Source of the DNA: Candidatus Gottesmanbacteria bacterium | GTDB lineage: Bacteria > Patescibacteriota > Microgenomatia > 2-02-FULL-39-11 | Assembly (NCBI GenBank): GCA_016195685.1 | Contig: JACPZE010000044.1 | Location: 633-64,632, forward strand | DNA length: 64,000 bases | Direction: 5' to 3' | Shown here: positions 1 through 9,613 of the stretch, piece after piece | Layout: each line of letters opens with the position of its first letter | Numbering within the stretch: the first letter of the stretch is position 1 | Notes under the pieces: generated by a model | What the model saw: the letters and a program-made list of their open reading frames with translations, nothing else | What the model was told of the DNA's origin: nothing | Database searches by the model: none | Translations under genes and position numbers: made by a program

Positions 1-586
1 GGATTAATAAATAAAAAGATAAAGTAATAAAGAAAGTAAGATAAGTATCTACAGCGTAGAAGTGCGAGAGTTGGACAGGAAGAACCATGATGGAGTAGAG
101 GAACATAGCAAGAAGGGGTAAATTTCTAATTGACCTAATTTCTAATTGACCTAATTGAGATTTGGCGTTTGGGGATTTTTTAGAAATTAGAAATTTGGAT
201 TTAGAAATTGCTTGTTTAGCTATTAGATAAACAAGTATTACCGTTCCCAGATCTACCATCGCTGAGAGTTGTCTGCCTATGATGGTGAGGTGCCCATAAT
301 CACCTTTTCCCAGAAGTTCTGCCACCCATTTGGTGAAAAATACAGGGAAAGTGCCATAGACGAAAAAGCCAAAACCCCGGTTATGAGGATTTAATGGCGA
401 AATTCCCGTATCCAAGTATTCTCCAAAATCTTTGGGCCAGGAAATACCTGTAGCGACCATGGTGAGAAATCTTTCATCCGGGTGAAGATGCTGTCCTTGA
501 TCCCAGTTGACACCGTAGAGACGCAAGAATGCGGCAAGAAGTAAGATTCCTAATGCTAATATTAAGGTCGAGAGTTTCTTGTCCAT
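1..586 (-). CDS. GT-C (GT39/ArnT/PMT-like) membrane glycosyltransferase; ATG at 586, 3' end beyond the window start (partial)
   Basis: Reverse-strand translation from 586 gives MDKKLSTLILALGILLLAAFLRLYGVNWDQGQHLHPDERF. The HPDERF motif is typical of PMT/ArnT family 39 glycosyltransferases. No minus-strand stop was found down to position 2. Not in the ORF track because it is truncated. Confidence 0.55.
   Translation of the reverse strand, partial: MDKKLSTLILALGILLLAAFLRLYGVNWDQGQHLHPDERFLTMVATGISWPKDFGEYLDTGISPLNPHNRGFGFFVYGTFPVFFTKWVAELLGKGDYGHLTIIGRQLSAMVDLGTVILVYLIAKQAISKSKFLISKKSPNAKSQLGQLEIRSIRNLPLLAMFLYSIMVLPVQLSHFYAVDTYLTFFITLSFYLLI
121..210. repeat. Tandem short repeats (16-mer aatttctaattgacct x2.5, then agaaatt-type units) inside the partial GT-C ORF
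   Basis: Direct reading of the sequence; same family as the other heptamer-type repeats in this window. Confidence 0.6.
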
Positions 587-590
587 TAAT

Positions 591-700
591 TTTTAATTTT
601 CAATTTACAATGAATTTTCAATGATTTAATTATCAAATTGAAAAATTGAGATTTGATTGAAAACTGAAAATTTTAAATTGAAAATTGTTACCTAAGTTTA
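591..700. repeat. Intergenic tandem heptamer-type repeat tract (aattttc/aattgaa units)
   Basis: ttttaattttcaatttacaatgaattttcaatgatttaattatcaaattgaaaaattgag..., between two GT-C genes. Confidence 0.6.
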
Positions 701-2716
701 TCAGATATTAAATAATGATCGATACTCATCTATTGTAATCGGTTTGATCTTTCGATATATCCTTATCACCGGATGATCAAATACCGTGAATGTTTCTTCA
801 GCGCCCTCATCTGGAATACTTAATTGATAATTGCCCATTGATAATTGCGGAAAGGAATAAATTTCTGAAACTTTTTCAAACCCCAAGGCTCCAGAGAATA
901 ATAATTGATAATATTTTGTAACCAGGGGATATTTGTTTAGGATGTTGGGATAATTGGCAAATATTCTCCGAGAAGGGATGAAGATAAAATCGGACTTTTC
1001 CAGATGGTTTAGTAACTGCTGGAAAATCTGTGGATTTTCATCCATATGATAGAAATCAAAAGAGATAACCGTATAGTTTTTAGAAGTTGATTGCTGGTTT
1101 GTGGTTTTGGCTATGCCAAGTGGTATATCTACAACGTTGGCTGTTTCAGATAGTACATAAGAGTGATCCGGAATATTATTGTAAATCCAATAAGACGCTT
1201 GTAGTCTACTGTCATCATGGGTGTAGATGGACATAAACATCAATCCTGGAAGGATTGATGAAAATAAAAAGGCAAAAATCAAAAGGTAAAAGTAATTTTG
1301 AATTTTTCGACTGAAATTTTTTATGAATCGATAAATCAAATAAACTGTAAAAGCTGCAAAAATACTGAAGAATGGTAGTATCGGTGTCATAAACCTAGTC
1401 CATTTGGCAAAAAGAAAGGCGTTGGGGAGGAAATAGATAAGTAATGAAACCATTACTATAAATAATAATTGTAGCCCGTCCCGTTTTTTATTCTTTGTAT
1501 AATTTGAAATTTGAAATTTGAAATTTTTATTGAATTTGAAAATTTTTAATTTGAATCTTGATTGAAAATTGAAAATTGAAAATTGAAAATTTATTACTAG
1601 ATCAACAAAAAGAATGATAACTGCAGTTATAAACCCTAAAGATCCAAGGATAAACACCGGCCAGCCCAACGCATAGGGAAATATCTTTTCCGCCTGGAAA
1701 AGTATGGGTGTGGTGTTTGCAAATTGCCTGGTGTAAAAAGCCTCATATCTACCTGTGGCTACATCACTCTCATAGCCAAATACAGCGCTTTTAAAATCGG
1801 CAGGATCTGCTAAATTATATGGAGAAGATATGAAAAAAATTAAAGTACTGCCAACAAGGACCAATAATCCCATAAACCCATAAGCCAATAAGCCGGAAAT
1901 CCTCTTTTTACTCCTCTTATTTAATAGTTGGATGATTTGTATCAATAGAGTTATTGCAGTAGGAATAAGGAAAAAGATTCCAGTGAGTTTGCTTCCCAAG
2001 GCAAGACCGATGGTGAAAGACAAAAGTATTAAGTATTTAGTATTAAGTATGAAGTATTTGGGGAAAGATTTAACCGTTGCAATTTCCATCAATTTCATCG
2101 AAAAATATATTGATGCTAGAAAGAAAAAGGTGAGAAAAGATTCTGTGGTGCCGAAGTGAGCTGATTGGATAAGGCCGGGAGAAAAAGCAGTAGCTAGAGC
2201 AGCAAATAGTGAGTATTTGGTAGGAAGTAGTTTTTGGCAGAGAAGAAATACGAAGAAGACTGTGAAGATAGATGATAAAGTAGAATATAAACGGAGCCAA
2301 AAGATAGCGGAGGGGAAATTAGTGGATAGATAGTTAGTAGTTAGTAGTTGGTAGTTGGTAGTTGGTAGAAGGCGAAGTGAAAACTGGGTGATTTGGTCGC
2401 TAAAATATGCTAAATAAAGCGGAAACTGGCCATAGGAAAAGAAACGCGGGTTGAGATTACAGTTGTTGATTGTTAATTGTTGATTGTTAAGTGTTGATTG
2501 AAGATTAGGAGTTAACTGAGAAATGATACATGAAGGGATATCTGATAATTTTACCGGAAGGCGGAATTGGGAAATGGCATTGGCCATATTGCGCTCGTCA
2601 GGATCGAAGAAATAAGGAGCATCGTGCATGAGGTGGAAGAAGCGAAGGAAGGAAGCGATTAAGAGAATTATTATTAGTAGGTAAGTCTCATACTTTCGGA
2701 ACATTGTTACATTCAT
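701..2716 (-). CDS. GT-C family 39-like membrane glycosyltransferase (ArnT/PMT-like), 671 aa
   Basis: Multi-TM protein. The DPDERNM motif near the N-terminal loop matches GT39/PMT. It carries three in-frame low-complexity insertions encoded by heptamer repeats. Confidence 0.7.
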   Translation of the reverse strand: MNVTMFRKYETYLLIIILLIASFLRFFHLMHDAPYFFDPDERNMANAISQFRLPVKLSDIPSCIISQLTPNLQSTLNNQQLTINNCNLNPRFFSYGQFPLYLAYFSDQITQFSLRLLPTTNYQLLTTNYLSTNFPSAIFWLRLYSTLSSIFTVFFVFLLCQKLLPTKYSLFAALATAFSPGLIQSAHFGTTESFLTFFFLASIYFSMKLMEIATVKSFPKYFILNTKYLILLSFTIGLALGSKLTGIFFLIPTAITLLIQIIQLLNKRSKKRISGLLAYGFMGLLVLVGSTLIFFISSPYNLADPADFKSAVFGYESDVATGRYEAFYTRQFANTTPILFQAEKIFPYALGWPVFILGSLGFITAVIILFVDLVINFQFSIFNFQSRFKLKIFKFNKNFKFQISNYTKNKKRDGLQLLFIVMVSLLIYFLPNAFLFAKWTRFMTPILPFFSIFAAFTVYLIYRFIKNFSRKIQNYFYLLIFAFLFSSILPGLMFMSIYTHDDSRLQASYWIYNNIPDHSYVLSETANVVDIPLGIAKTTNQQSTSKNYTVISFDFYHMDENPQIFQQLLNHLEKSDFIFIPSRRIFANYPNILNKYPLVTKYYQLLFSGALGFEKVSEIYSFPQLSMGNYQLSIPDEGAEETFTVFDHPVIRIYRKIKPITIDEYRSLFNI
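1499..1592. repeat. In-ORF tandem heptamer repeat (aatttga x4, gaaaatt x4) encoding NFQFSIFNFQS...FKFQISN
   Basis: Read directly; the translation in the 701..2716 ORF is heptad periodic. Confidence 0.65.
2326..2368. repeat. In-ORF tandem heptamer repeat (ttagtag/ttggtag units) encoding TTNYQLLTTNYLSTN
   Basis: Read directly from the sequence. Confidence 0.6.
2461..2503. repeat. In-ORF tandem heptamer repeat (ttgattg/ttaattg units) encoding NNQQLTINNCNLN
   Basis: Read directly from the sequence. Confidence 0.6.
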
Positions 2717-2742
2717 TAGAAATTATTAATTAGAAATTTCTG

Positions 2743-3708
2743 TCAGAGGATATATAAAAACATGATTATTAACAAGCCCCACATAAGTATAGACACAATC
2801 AGTGGAAGATCTGTAGTGATGATCTTTTCTGGACGTTCTCCCTGAGTTCCCTCATAGGCTAGTTGAGCATAGCGCATAAGGCCGTAGATGACAAAAGGAA
2901 TAGTGATGATCATCCATTTACGCTCTATTGCTTGCGGTACTGTATTAAAAAGAAATGTCCGAAATGGAGGATTAAAGTGGGAAGGTTCTTCCCAAAAAGT
3001 AAACATCGCGTAAGCCAGTATCGCGGCCGACCCAAACATGGAATTATAAAAATCCAAAAGATGTTCACGATATTGAAATAGGACAGGACGGGTAGTAGTG
3101 CCTTCGCGTATCAATTCCGAATGTCTCTTGGTAGCTGCGACAAATAAAGCTACAAACATCACTGCCAAAAAGAGCCAAAAAGGCAGATGGTAGCCAGTGA
3201 TGGCTTCTCCTGCATACGCCCTTAAAATAAAAGAAAATGCGATTCCCATGATATCCAATATCGCGTGTTTCTTAAGTACCGTAGAATAAAGGATATGGAT
3301 GATGGCAAAAGCAGCCGCGACAAAGAAAAATACAGTAGAGAGAAGTAGTGCTGCAATAAGCCCAAAAAATCCCAACAAAAATGCAGCTTCAGATGCCAAA
3401 CTTAAAGAGATGAGTCCAGCAGCAAGAGGTCTGGTTTTCTTATCCGGGTGAAGCTTATCAAATTTCAGATCAATGATGTCGTTGAAAAGATAAGAAGCAG
3501 AGGAGATAGCACAAAATATCAAAAACCCCAAAAATGTCATGATGAAGAATCGCGGGTCAAAAAGCTTACCGGTGAAAATGATAGCGGCGAAGAGGATAAA
3601 GTTTTTTACCCATTGGTTTGGTCTAAGAGCAAGTAACAGTGGCGGTAAGGGGAAGAGTGTTTTTATCTTCATCATGGGTATTTTAAGGCAGTTGAGAGAG
3701 AATATCAA
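2743..3708 (-). CDS. UbiA-family prenyltransferase, decaprenyl-phosphate phosphoribosyltransferase-like
   Basis: The NDIIDLKFDKLHPDKKTRPLAAG motif (NDxxDxxxD) and about 8 TM helices. The true start may be the internal MMKIKTLF. Confidence 0.7.
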   Translation of the reverse strand: MIFSLNCLKIPMMKIKTLFPLPPLLLALRPNQWVKNFILFAAIIFTGKLFDPRFFIMTFLGFLIFCAISSASYLFNDIIDLKFDKLHPDKKTRPLAAGLISLSLASEAAFLLGFFGLIAALLLSTVFFFVAAAFAIIHILYSTVLKKHAILDIMGIAFSFILRAYAGEAITGYHLPFWLFLAVMFVALFVAATKRHSELIREGTTTRPVLFQYREHLLDFYNSMFGSAAILAYAMFTFWEEPSHFNPPFRTFLFNTVPQAIERKWMIITIPFVIYGLMRYAQLAYEGTQGERPEKIITTDLPLIVSILMWGLLIIMFLYIL

Positions 3709-3736
3709 TCATGAAGATAGAAAAGGTGGCCATAAA

Positions 3737-3772
3737 AAAACCAGGCGCCCTCAGGCGCCTGGTTTTCTCCAC
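3737..3772 (-). terminator. Rho-independent terminator downstream of the pilin gene
   Basis: GC hairpin ccaggcgcc-ctca-ggcgcctgg followed on the minus strand by a T-run (ttttttta). Confidence 0.6.
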
Positions 3773-3781
3773 TTTTATAAT

Positions 3782-4231
3782 TTATCGTGTCACTTGTATG
3801 GTTTCACTAAGCTCAGCGCCAGGAGCAGAAACAGTGATACGATTGTCAGTAGCGCTTTTCACTACCTTATAGTTGGTAGTGTAAGATGCTGTACAATCCG
3901 TAACGTCCCCACCTGTCACTAACGGATCTCTCGGTAGAGCAGCCAGATATTTGGTCACAACAGATGCGCAAATGTCTGCTTCTCCAGTGCCGTTTCCAAT
4001 TGTCAGCGCGCTGGTTGTAATCGCAGCTGGAAGCGCGCCTTTGTTGTCCGCAGCGTATTGGTGAACTGCATTTAACAGCGCATTCACGTCGCTTCTTCGT
4101 TTGGTGTTATTGGCTTGTGAAAATTGCCTGGCCGGATTGATTGCTACCAAAGCGATAGCAAAAAGAACTGCCAAAATGCCTATAACAACCAGGATTTCTA
4201 TCAGCGTAAATCCTTTCTGGTTTTTCCTCAT
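3782..4231 (-). CDS. pilA: Type IV pilin (class III signal peptide, major pilin candidate)
   Basis: N-terminus MRKNQKGFTLIEILVVIGILAVLFAIA has the canonical G-FTLIE prepilin cleavage/methylation motif. Confidence 0.85.
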   Translation of the reverse strand: MRKNQKGFTLIEILVVIGILAVLFAIALVAINPARQFSQANNTKRRSDVNALLNAVHQYAADNKGALPAAITTSALTIGNGTGEADICASVVTKYLAALPRDPLVTGGDVTDCTASYTTNYKVVKSATDNRITVSAPGAELSETIQVTR

Positions 4232-4315
4232 AGGAGACCTCCTTTGATATATTTTTATAATATTAATTCCAGTACATCACAGCTAAATTTTCTTGTCAAG
4301 TAGTAGTTATTTATT

Positions 4316-5152
4316 TTATAGTTTAGGTTGATTTATAGCTCCATCATCAGTACTTGTGTTGTTCTGATTCATACCTGCAGAAGGAGAAGATATGTTATTG
4401 AAATTGTTCGTGGGTAATGTGGGTACTCTATTTATAAAAATTGTCGGAGTTGGTGTTGACTTGGGCGCTACCGAAGGGGAATATGATTTCAGGTAAAGTA
4501 TGATCAGTACCAACACCAAGACAAATAATATAGGTAGTAATAAGATAAGTGTGTGATTATCGCTCTTCATATCTGTTCTGTCCTTTTTATTTTGACTTTT
4601 GGGGTAAGAATTTTGATTCGTCAGGAGTGTATTTTGTTTCGCAAGATCAAATCTTTCAAGTATTATCCGTGCGATTGATACATCCAAGTTATCAGATACA
4701 GTTACATCCTTACCAAGTACAAAAATAGGGATGACCGATTCAATCACAAATCCTGCTTGTTCAAACGCATCGTTGACGGCGCGGTATAAATCCGCATTAG
4801 TTGCTACAAGTTTTGATCCGGTTGGAAGTTTATATATCTTAGTACTGCAATTTTCAAAAGGGACTGTATCAACGAATTTTTGCAGTTCACTGTCCTGGTG
4901 AAATTCCGGAGTCTGCGAAAATTCTTTTTCAAAATATACATGAGGGGAGAGTACGATCATCACTTGGGATGGTGTAATTTTATTATTATCTATAAATGAC
5001 TTGATTTGTAGATTAAAAGCAGCAGAATTCACCACGTCAAGGTCATTTACAAATTCTTTTGTGAATTGGAAAGTCAAAGCAGAAGACCGGTTGTGATCAT
5101 AATAGTTGATTTTATCCCGGTCTATAAAAATGACGCTTTTTTCAAAATTCAT
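4316..5152 (-). CDS. Hypothetical bitopic membrane protein in the pilus locus (possible assembly component)
   Basis: About 195-aa N-terminal domain, a single TM (TLILLLPILFVLVLVLIILYL) and an S/T/P/N-rich tail. No confident family match. Confidence 0.45.
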   Translation of the reverse strand: MNFEKSVIFIDRDKINYYDHNRSSALTFQFTKEFVNDLDVVNSAAFNLQIKSFIDNNKITPSQVMIVLSPHVYFEKEFSQTPEFHQDSELQKFVDTVPFENCSTKIYKLPTGSKLVATNADLYRAVNDAFEQAGFVIESVIPIFVLGKDVTVSDNLDVSIARIILERFDLAKQNTLLTNQNSYPKSQNKKDRTDMKSDNHTLILLLPILFVLVLVLIILYLKSYSPSVAPKSTPTPTIFINRVPTLPTNNFNNISSPSAGMNQNNTSTDDGAINQPKL

Positions 5153-5155
5153 GAT

Positions 5156-5554
5156 CTAAATTTCCTTCCAAGATTGAACAGTCAAAATATTATTTGTGTA
5201 ATCAACTGTTACTTGAATCGTCCGTGACAAATTATTCAGTGTGCCGACTGAAGTGATGGTTATCGGGTTTGACCCGCTTATCTGTATAGTAGCATTTCCG
5301 GTATCAATTGGAAGTGTTTCACCTGTGTAATTCGGGTTTCGCAAAAGTCTGATTAAAGCATTTTCTACACCGCTTTCTGCAATATAATATGCTGAGTTTC
5401 CCTGATCAAATTTACTGGCAGAAACGGAGTTGGAAAGTATTATTACGACCGCCCCGGATGTCACCGTAATAGCAATAATCATAAAAAAAAGGAGGGTGAC
5501 TAATGCCTGACCATGATTTGAAATAGATGAGCGTTTCAAAATATTTATACCCAT
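5156..5554 (-). CDS. PilX-N-like minor pilin
   Basis: N-terminal GQALVTLLFFMIIAITVTSGAVVIILSN resembles the PilX N-terminal domain. It lacks the canonical E+5. Confidence 0.45.
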   Translation of the reverse strand: MGINILKRSSISNHGQALVTLLFFMIIAITVTSGAVVIILSNSVSASKFDQGNSAYYIAESGVENALIRLLRNPNYTGETLPIDTGNATIQISGSNPITITSVGTLNNLSRTIQVTVDYTNNILTVQSWKEI

Positions 5555-5558
5555 AAAT

Positions 5559-6053
5559 TTACCGTATTCCTACGGTCGTTTGAAAAGTTTTAGTTTCAGG
5601 ACCTTTTGACCTTTGAGTAATGCTGGAAATGGTAAAAGATATTTTTACGTTATTTTTGCCGCTGACATTTCCTAATCTTTGGAAAGTAAGGTTTGACACT
5701 AAACTATCATATCCGTTTAAATCATCGGTAGAACTATTTTTAGTGATTTGAATTTTGCCGTTAGTTAAAGTAAAAGTCTCATTCACTCCGTTAACCGTAA
5801 TTTGCAAAGTATTACCTGTTGCGCCCAAAGAAGGTGAAGTTATACTTTGCGCGCGATTGATATCATATGCAAGCTTTGCGATTAAATATCTGCCATCCTG
5901 TTCTATGCCGGCGATGGATTCGGATTCAAGTTTGATATCGATAGTTGAAATAAATATATTGGTTAAAACTACTATAAATACTGATAACATCCCTATATAT
6001 ATAATAATTTCTATAATTGAAAAACCGAAATTTTTTTTGAGCAATTTAGCCAT
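5559..6053 (-). CDS. Prepilin-type minor pilin
   Basis: MAKLLKKNFGFSIIEIIIYIGML has a G-FSIIE cleavage motif. Confidence 0.75.
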   Translation of the reverse strand: MAKLLKKNFGFSIIEIIIYIGMLSVFIVVLTNIFISTIDIKLESESIAGIEQDGRYLIAKLAYDINRAQSITSPSLGATGNTLQITVNGVNETFTLTNGKIQITKNSSTDDLNGYDSLVSNLTFQRLGNVSGKNNVKISFTISSITQRSKGPETKTFQTTVGIR

Positions 6054-6058
6054 AATAT

Positions 6059-8050
6059 CTAAGGTGAATAATTAAAAGTAATATCATATAAAGTTGGCGC
6101 AACAGTTGGTGAAGAAGTAGAGAAATAGGCTTTATACTTTACACATCGACCTGGGTTACTAAAACCGTTCTGATTACTGGTAAATGGTATAGGCCAGGAT
6201 ACTGAGAAAGGAGAAGTATTGTAAGTAGAAGAAGTAAAATAAGCGTTTGGATCCGGCACATACGGATTAGTCGCGCTTGGACCAAAAAAAGTATATGTGG
6301 CGTTGGAGCAACTTCCGTTGACAGGTTCACTGATGGCAATTTGAAATTTTATACTTGTATTGGATGGTTGAGAGACGGTAGCAAATAGTCTATTAAAGGC
6401 GACATCAGTACCAGGATCGGATAAAACTGCTGACTGATATGTTCCGGATAGTGCAAATGTTCCCCCCGGTCCTCCCTCAATTATTTGAAGTTCAGCGCTG
6501 GCATTGTCAGTCAAAATATAAGAAAAAGCATCTGTATCGGGTTCCAACACAGATGATATCGCATTTAGGCCGGTAACTCCTGTAGGGCTAGTTTGACCGC
6601 AGAGACTGATATTTGTCTTTATTTGTGTGTTGAATACCTGATACAAAGTTCCGCCAGTGCCTACAATAACAGCTCTATTTCCGTTTAAAACGTTAATTAC
6701 TCCTTTTGGTGTCATTCCATTTGTATTTGAGCTGTTTATACTTTGGGGAGAAGTTGGATTGGATATGTCTACGATATAAAAGTTTGATTTCCCTGACGCA
6801 TAGGCGGTGACAATAAAAAGATATGATCCAGTTGGATCAATGTCCAAATCTATACCGGCCAGATTATTCCCTAAGTTTACATTTGTAATCGCATGAGTAC
6901 TAATATTAATAATTTGCAGCTGACTGGTTGTACTATCGGTTGCGACAAATAAATAGTTTCCATAAATAAGTACCTTTTTACCCGTACCTGCTAAATTCAC
7001 ATTCCATAATTCAGTTTGAGAGGAACTACCAAGTATTGTAGTGACATCAAAAGCATAAAGTTTGCTGCCGGCAGCGACGTAGCCGGTGTTTCCAGAGACA
7101 TAAACACTGTTACCCGGTCGTTCTCCTCCTGAGGAGTTAAAATAACCAGCATGTGAAAGAGTAGTAGGATTTACTATATCTACAGTTAAGTTAGGATGGT
7201 CTGAGGTTAAATAAACATAATTTGGAGTGGCATAAATTGCATAAGTTTTAAAATAATTATAAGCACCTGCATTTGCCGCTGCCGGTGCAATAGGCTGGGG
7301 GGGATCGGAAATATTTACGCTATCCATAGAGTCCCCTGAAGCATTCCCTCCGGTTGTGGTATAAGCATGCCCATAGATTGCACTGATTGCGGTAGTTATC
7401 CCCTGGCCGGGAAGATCAAGAGTGTTAACCACCTCATTTTGAGGCTTACACCAGTCTCCGCGGCCTGGGCCGGCCGCGGTCAAGGTTATCTCCCCGCCAC
7501 TATTATTGGTTATTACAGTATTATTGTTAACACTTCCAGATTGGTTGAAATCTGCCTGTGTTGTTTGTAAAACATTAGCATTTTTAAGAAACCTGGTAAG
7601 GTACATTGTGCTGTCAACAGATGAAGAAAAAGGAGTATTCCATGATACGGTTGAAACGATTTTCTTAGTGGCTGGATCGATTGTCCCACCCGTTGAAACG
7701 ATATTCCCATTTGTACCTATTTGGGTATCACTTATCACAATTTTTCGGGTATATCCGTTCACTACCTCAGAATTTGATCCTAAAGACCAAGTGTTACCTG
7801 AAATAACAGGATGGTAAGTACCGTTGACGGCAATTGAAGACCAATTGGTCTCTCGTACACTCCGAATTGCTTCCTCAGCTTCTTTAAGGTACGTAGTGGC
7901 TTCAAGTCTTTGTGTTTGTTGCGCTTTACCTTCTCTGGAAGCGACCAATCCGGTTAAAAGTGCAGGTAAAAAAATACTCGCAAGTCCTATGGCGATTAAA
8001 AATTCTACGATTGTTTGTCCTTTTTGTTTGGTCATAAAGATTAAACACAA
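6059..8050 (-). CDS. Large (about 660 aa) prepilin-like protein, possible pilus tip/adhesin minor pilin
   Basis: KGQTIVEFLIAIGLASIFLPAL class III signal, then a large beta-rich S/T/N-rich domain. The probable start is the internal MTKQKGQ. Confidence 0.7.
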   Translation of the reverse strand: MCLIFMTKQKGQTIVEFLIAIGLASIFLPALLTGLVASREGKAQQTQRLEATTYLKEAEEAIRSVRETNWSSIAVNGTYHPVISGNTWSLGSNSEVVNGYTRKIVISDTQIGTNGNIVSTGGTIDPATKKIVSTVSWNTPFSSSVDSTMYLTRFLKNANVLQTTQADFNQSGSVNNNTVITNNSGGEITLTAAGPGRGDWCKPQNEVVNTLDLPGQGITTAISAIYGHAYTTTGGNASGDSMDSVNISDPPQPIAPAAANAGAYNYFKTYAIYATPNYVYLTSDHPNLTVDIVNPTTLSHAGYFNSSGGERPGNSVYVSGNTGYVAAGSKLYAFDVTTILGSSSQTELWNVNLAGTGKKVLIYGNYLFVATDSTTSQLQIINISTHAITNVNLGNNLAGIDLDIDPTGSYLFIVTAYASGKSNFYIVDISNPTSPQSINSSNTNGMTPKGVINVLNGNRAVIVGTGGTLYQVFNTQIKTNISLCGQTSPTGVTGLNAISSVLEPDTDAFSYILTDNASAELQIIEGGPGGTFALSGTYQSAVLSDPGTDVAFNRLFATVSQPSNTSIKFQIAISEPVNGSCSNATYTFFGPSATNPYVPDPNAYFTSSTYNTSPFSVSWPIPFTSNQNGFSNPGRCVKYKAYFSTSSPTVAPTLYDITFNYSP

Positions 8051-8061
8051 AGTTTTCTATC

Positions 8062-8550
8062 TTAATTCACAGATGTAACTATTCCATATTTATTTACGGT
8101 GATGATCTTTTGTTCAGACGATAATGAGTTTTTCATAGTGATTGTATTGTTGCCTATCGCACCTGATATATCTCCGGAGCCGCTTAGAAATATTATTTGT
8201 GAGGAAGGAAAAGTAGTACTGATGATCTGAATGTTATCGTCAAAGTTTATGTCTAAATTGGTTGATGATGATAAATTTAATGTACCATAGAAATCTGTAT
8301 ATTTATTGGTTGTAAGATATATACCGATATTGTCTTTTGTGTTATTTCCTTCGGTATCGCCAACCATAGCTTTTAATTGTTGGCTTTTTAAATTATTGAT
8401 AAAAGTGTCGATAGAATCAGAAAGTGACGCTTTGTGTTTCACATTTAAAAGATTGATAATTACCATCGTAACGAGCGAAGAAAAAATCAGAAGAGCTATA
8501 ATAACTTCAACTAGAGTAAAACCACGTTGTGTTTTTTTGTAAACAATCAT
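8062..8550 (-). CDS. Prepilin-type minor pilin
   Basis: MIVYKKTQRGFTLVEVIIALLIF has a G-FTLVE motif. Confidence 0.8.
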   Translation of the reverse strand: MIVYKKTQRGFTLVEVIIALLIFSSLVTMVIINLLNVKHKASLSDSIDTFINNLKSQQLKAMVGDTEGNNTKDNIGIYLTTNKYTDFYGTLNLSSSTNLDINFDDNIQIISTTFPSSQIIFLSGSGDISGAIGNNTITMKNSLSSEQKIITVNKYGIVTSVN

Positions 8551-8551
8551 T

Positions 8552-9613
8552 CTATCTGGCGCCGATTTGCCCGATCATTCCATAAATTGGAGATAATATG
8601 GACATCATCATTCCGCCTACCAAAACTCCAACCACTACGAGTATCAAAGGTTCCATAAGAGTAGTAGTAGTATGAAGTGTTTTGGATACCTGATAATCTA
8701 AATATTCGGAAATATCCTGCATAGATTTGTCCAGAGAGCCGCTTTTTTCACCTGCTTCAGTGATTTTTATCATGATACTGGGAAAGATATTTTTGGCATC
8801 TTTAAAACCTTCTGATAGTTTTTTACCTGATAAGACTAAATCTTTACAGTGTCTTATAGCAGTAGCCACTTCATTTTTCGTCACGATATCGAAAGTCAGA
8901 TCCAATGCTGCTGTAATTGGTATTCCGGCATTTAACAGAAGGTAAAGGCTGCGGGTAAAGTTCGTCAAATCGATTTCCTTTGCTAATTCCCTAAGAAGCG
9001 GTATAGAGAATAATAAATTAATGATTAATTTTTTATTTCTTCTATAAAGGAAGATAAATCCAAATACTACAACCGTTATTATGGCGATAACGGGTATTGT
9101 CTGAGTAAGAAGGGTGTTAGAAGCAAACATCAAAATCCTGGTAGGCAACGGCAACTTCATTTTCATTCTCAGAAAAACTGATGAAATTTTGGGAATGACA
9201 AAAACAAGGATCATCAGAAGTACGCCTGCGAAGACAAACATGATGACCACAGGGTAGATAAGCGCTCCTTTCACTTTATCTGAGAACTCTGTTTGTTTTC
9301 TGATATTTTCTCTCAGATCTTTTAAGGTAACATCTAGTGTTCCTGCTTCTTCAGCCGCTCTAATGATATTTACAGTAACTTTATCAAAGACGTTCGGAAA
9401 TTTTGCAAATGAAGTATGGAGTTGTTCACCTTGAACTAAATCTGCTCGCAGAGTCTCAAGGATTTTCTTTTGGTTTCCTTTGGCATCTTCAAGAATAGAA
9501 TCAACTGTCTCCAGTATTGAGATACCGGCTGATAGCATGGTTGATAGATTGCTGATAAGACCAATTTTTTCAGTAGCAGAAAGACTGATATATTCTGTTT
9601 TAATTTCACTCAT
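8552..9613 (-). CDS. pilC: Type IV pilus platform protein PilC (GspF family)
   Basis: Two T2SS-F repeats with 3 TM helices; IYPVVIMFVFAGVLLMILVFVIPK is typical of the family. Confidence 0.9.
   Translation of the reverse strand: MSEIKTEYISLSATEKIGLISNLSTMLSAGISILETVDSILEDAKGNQKKILETLRADLVQGEQLHTSFAKFPNVFDKVTVNIIRAAEEAGTLDVTLKDLRENIRKQTEFSDKVKGALIYPVVIMFVFAGVLLMILVFVIPKISSVFLRMKMKLPLPTRILMFASNTLLTQTIPVIAIITVVVFGFIFLYRRNKKLIINLLFSIPLLRELAKEIDLTNFTRSLYLLLNAGIPITAALDLTFDIVTKNEVATAIRHCKDLVLSGKKLSEGFKDAKNIFPSIMIKITEAGEKSGSLDKSMQDISEYLDYQVSKTLHTTTTLMEPLILVVVGVLVGGMMMSILSPIYGMIGQIGAR

Noticed and set aside
591-700. Short tandem repeats considered as possible CRISPR arrays
   Set aside because: The units are 7-8 nt with no unique spacers of 25-40 nt, and many copies sit inside ORFs in-frame. 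They are microsatellite-like heptamer repeats, not CRISPR.
1932-8078. Small plus-strand ORFs inside the minus-strand GT-C, UbiA and pilus genes (1932..2159, 2863..3081, 3448..3636, 3539..3922, 5755..6075, 7367..7570, 7506..7817, 7824..8078, 8306..8542, 8727..8945, 9629..10081)
   Set aside because: They are antisense to well-supported genes, low-complexity, and have no domain signals.
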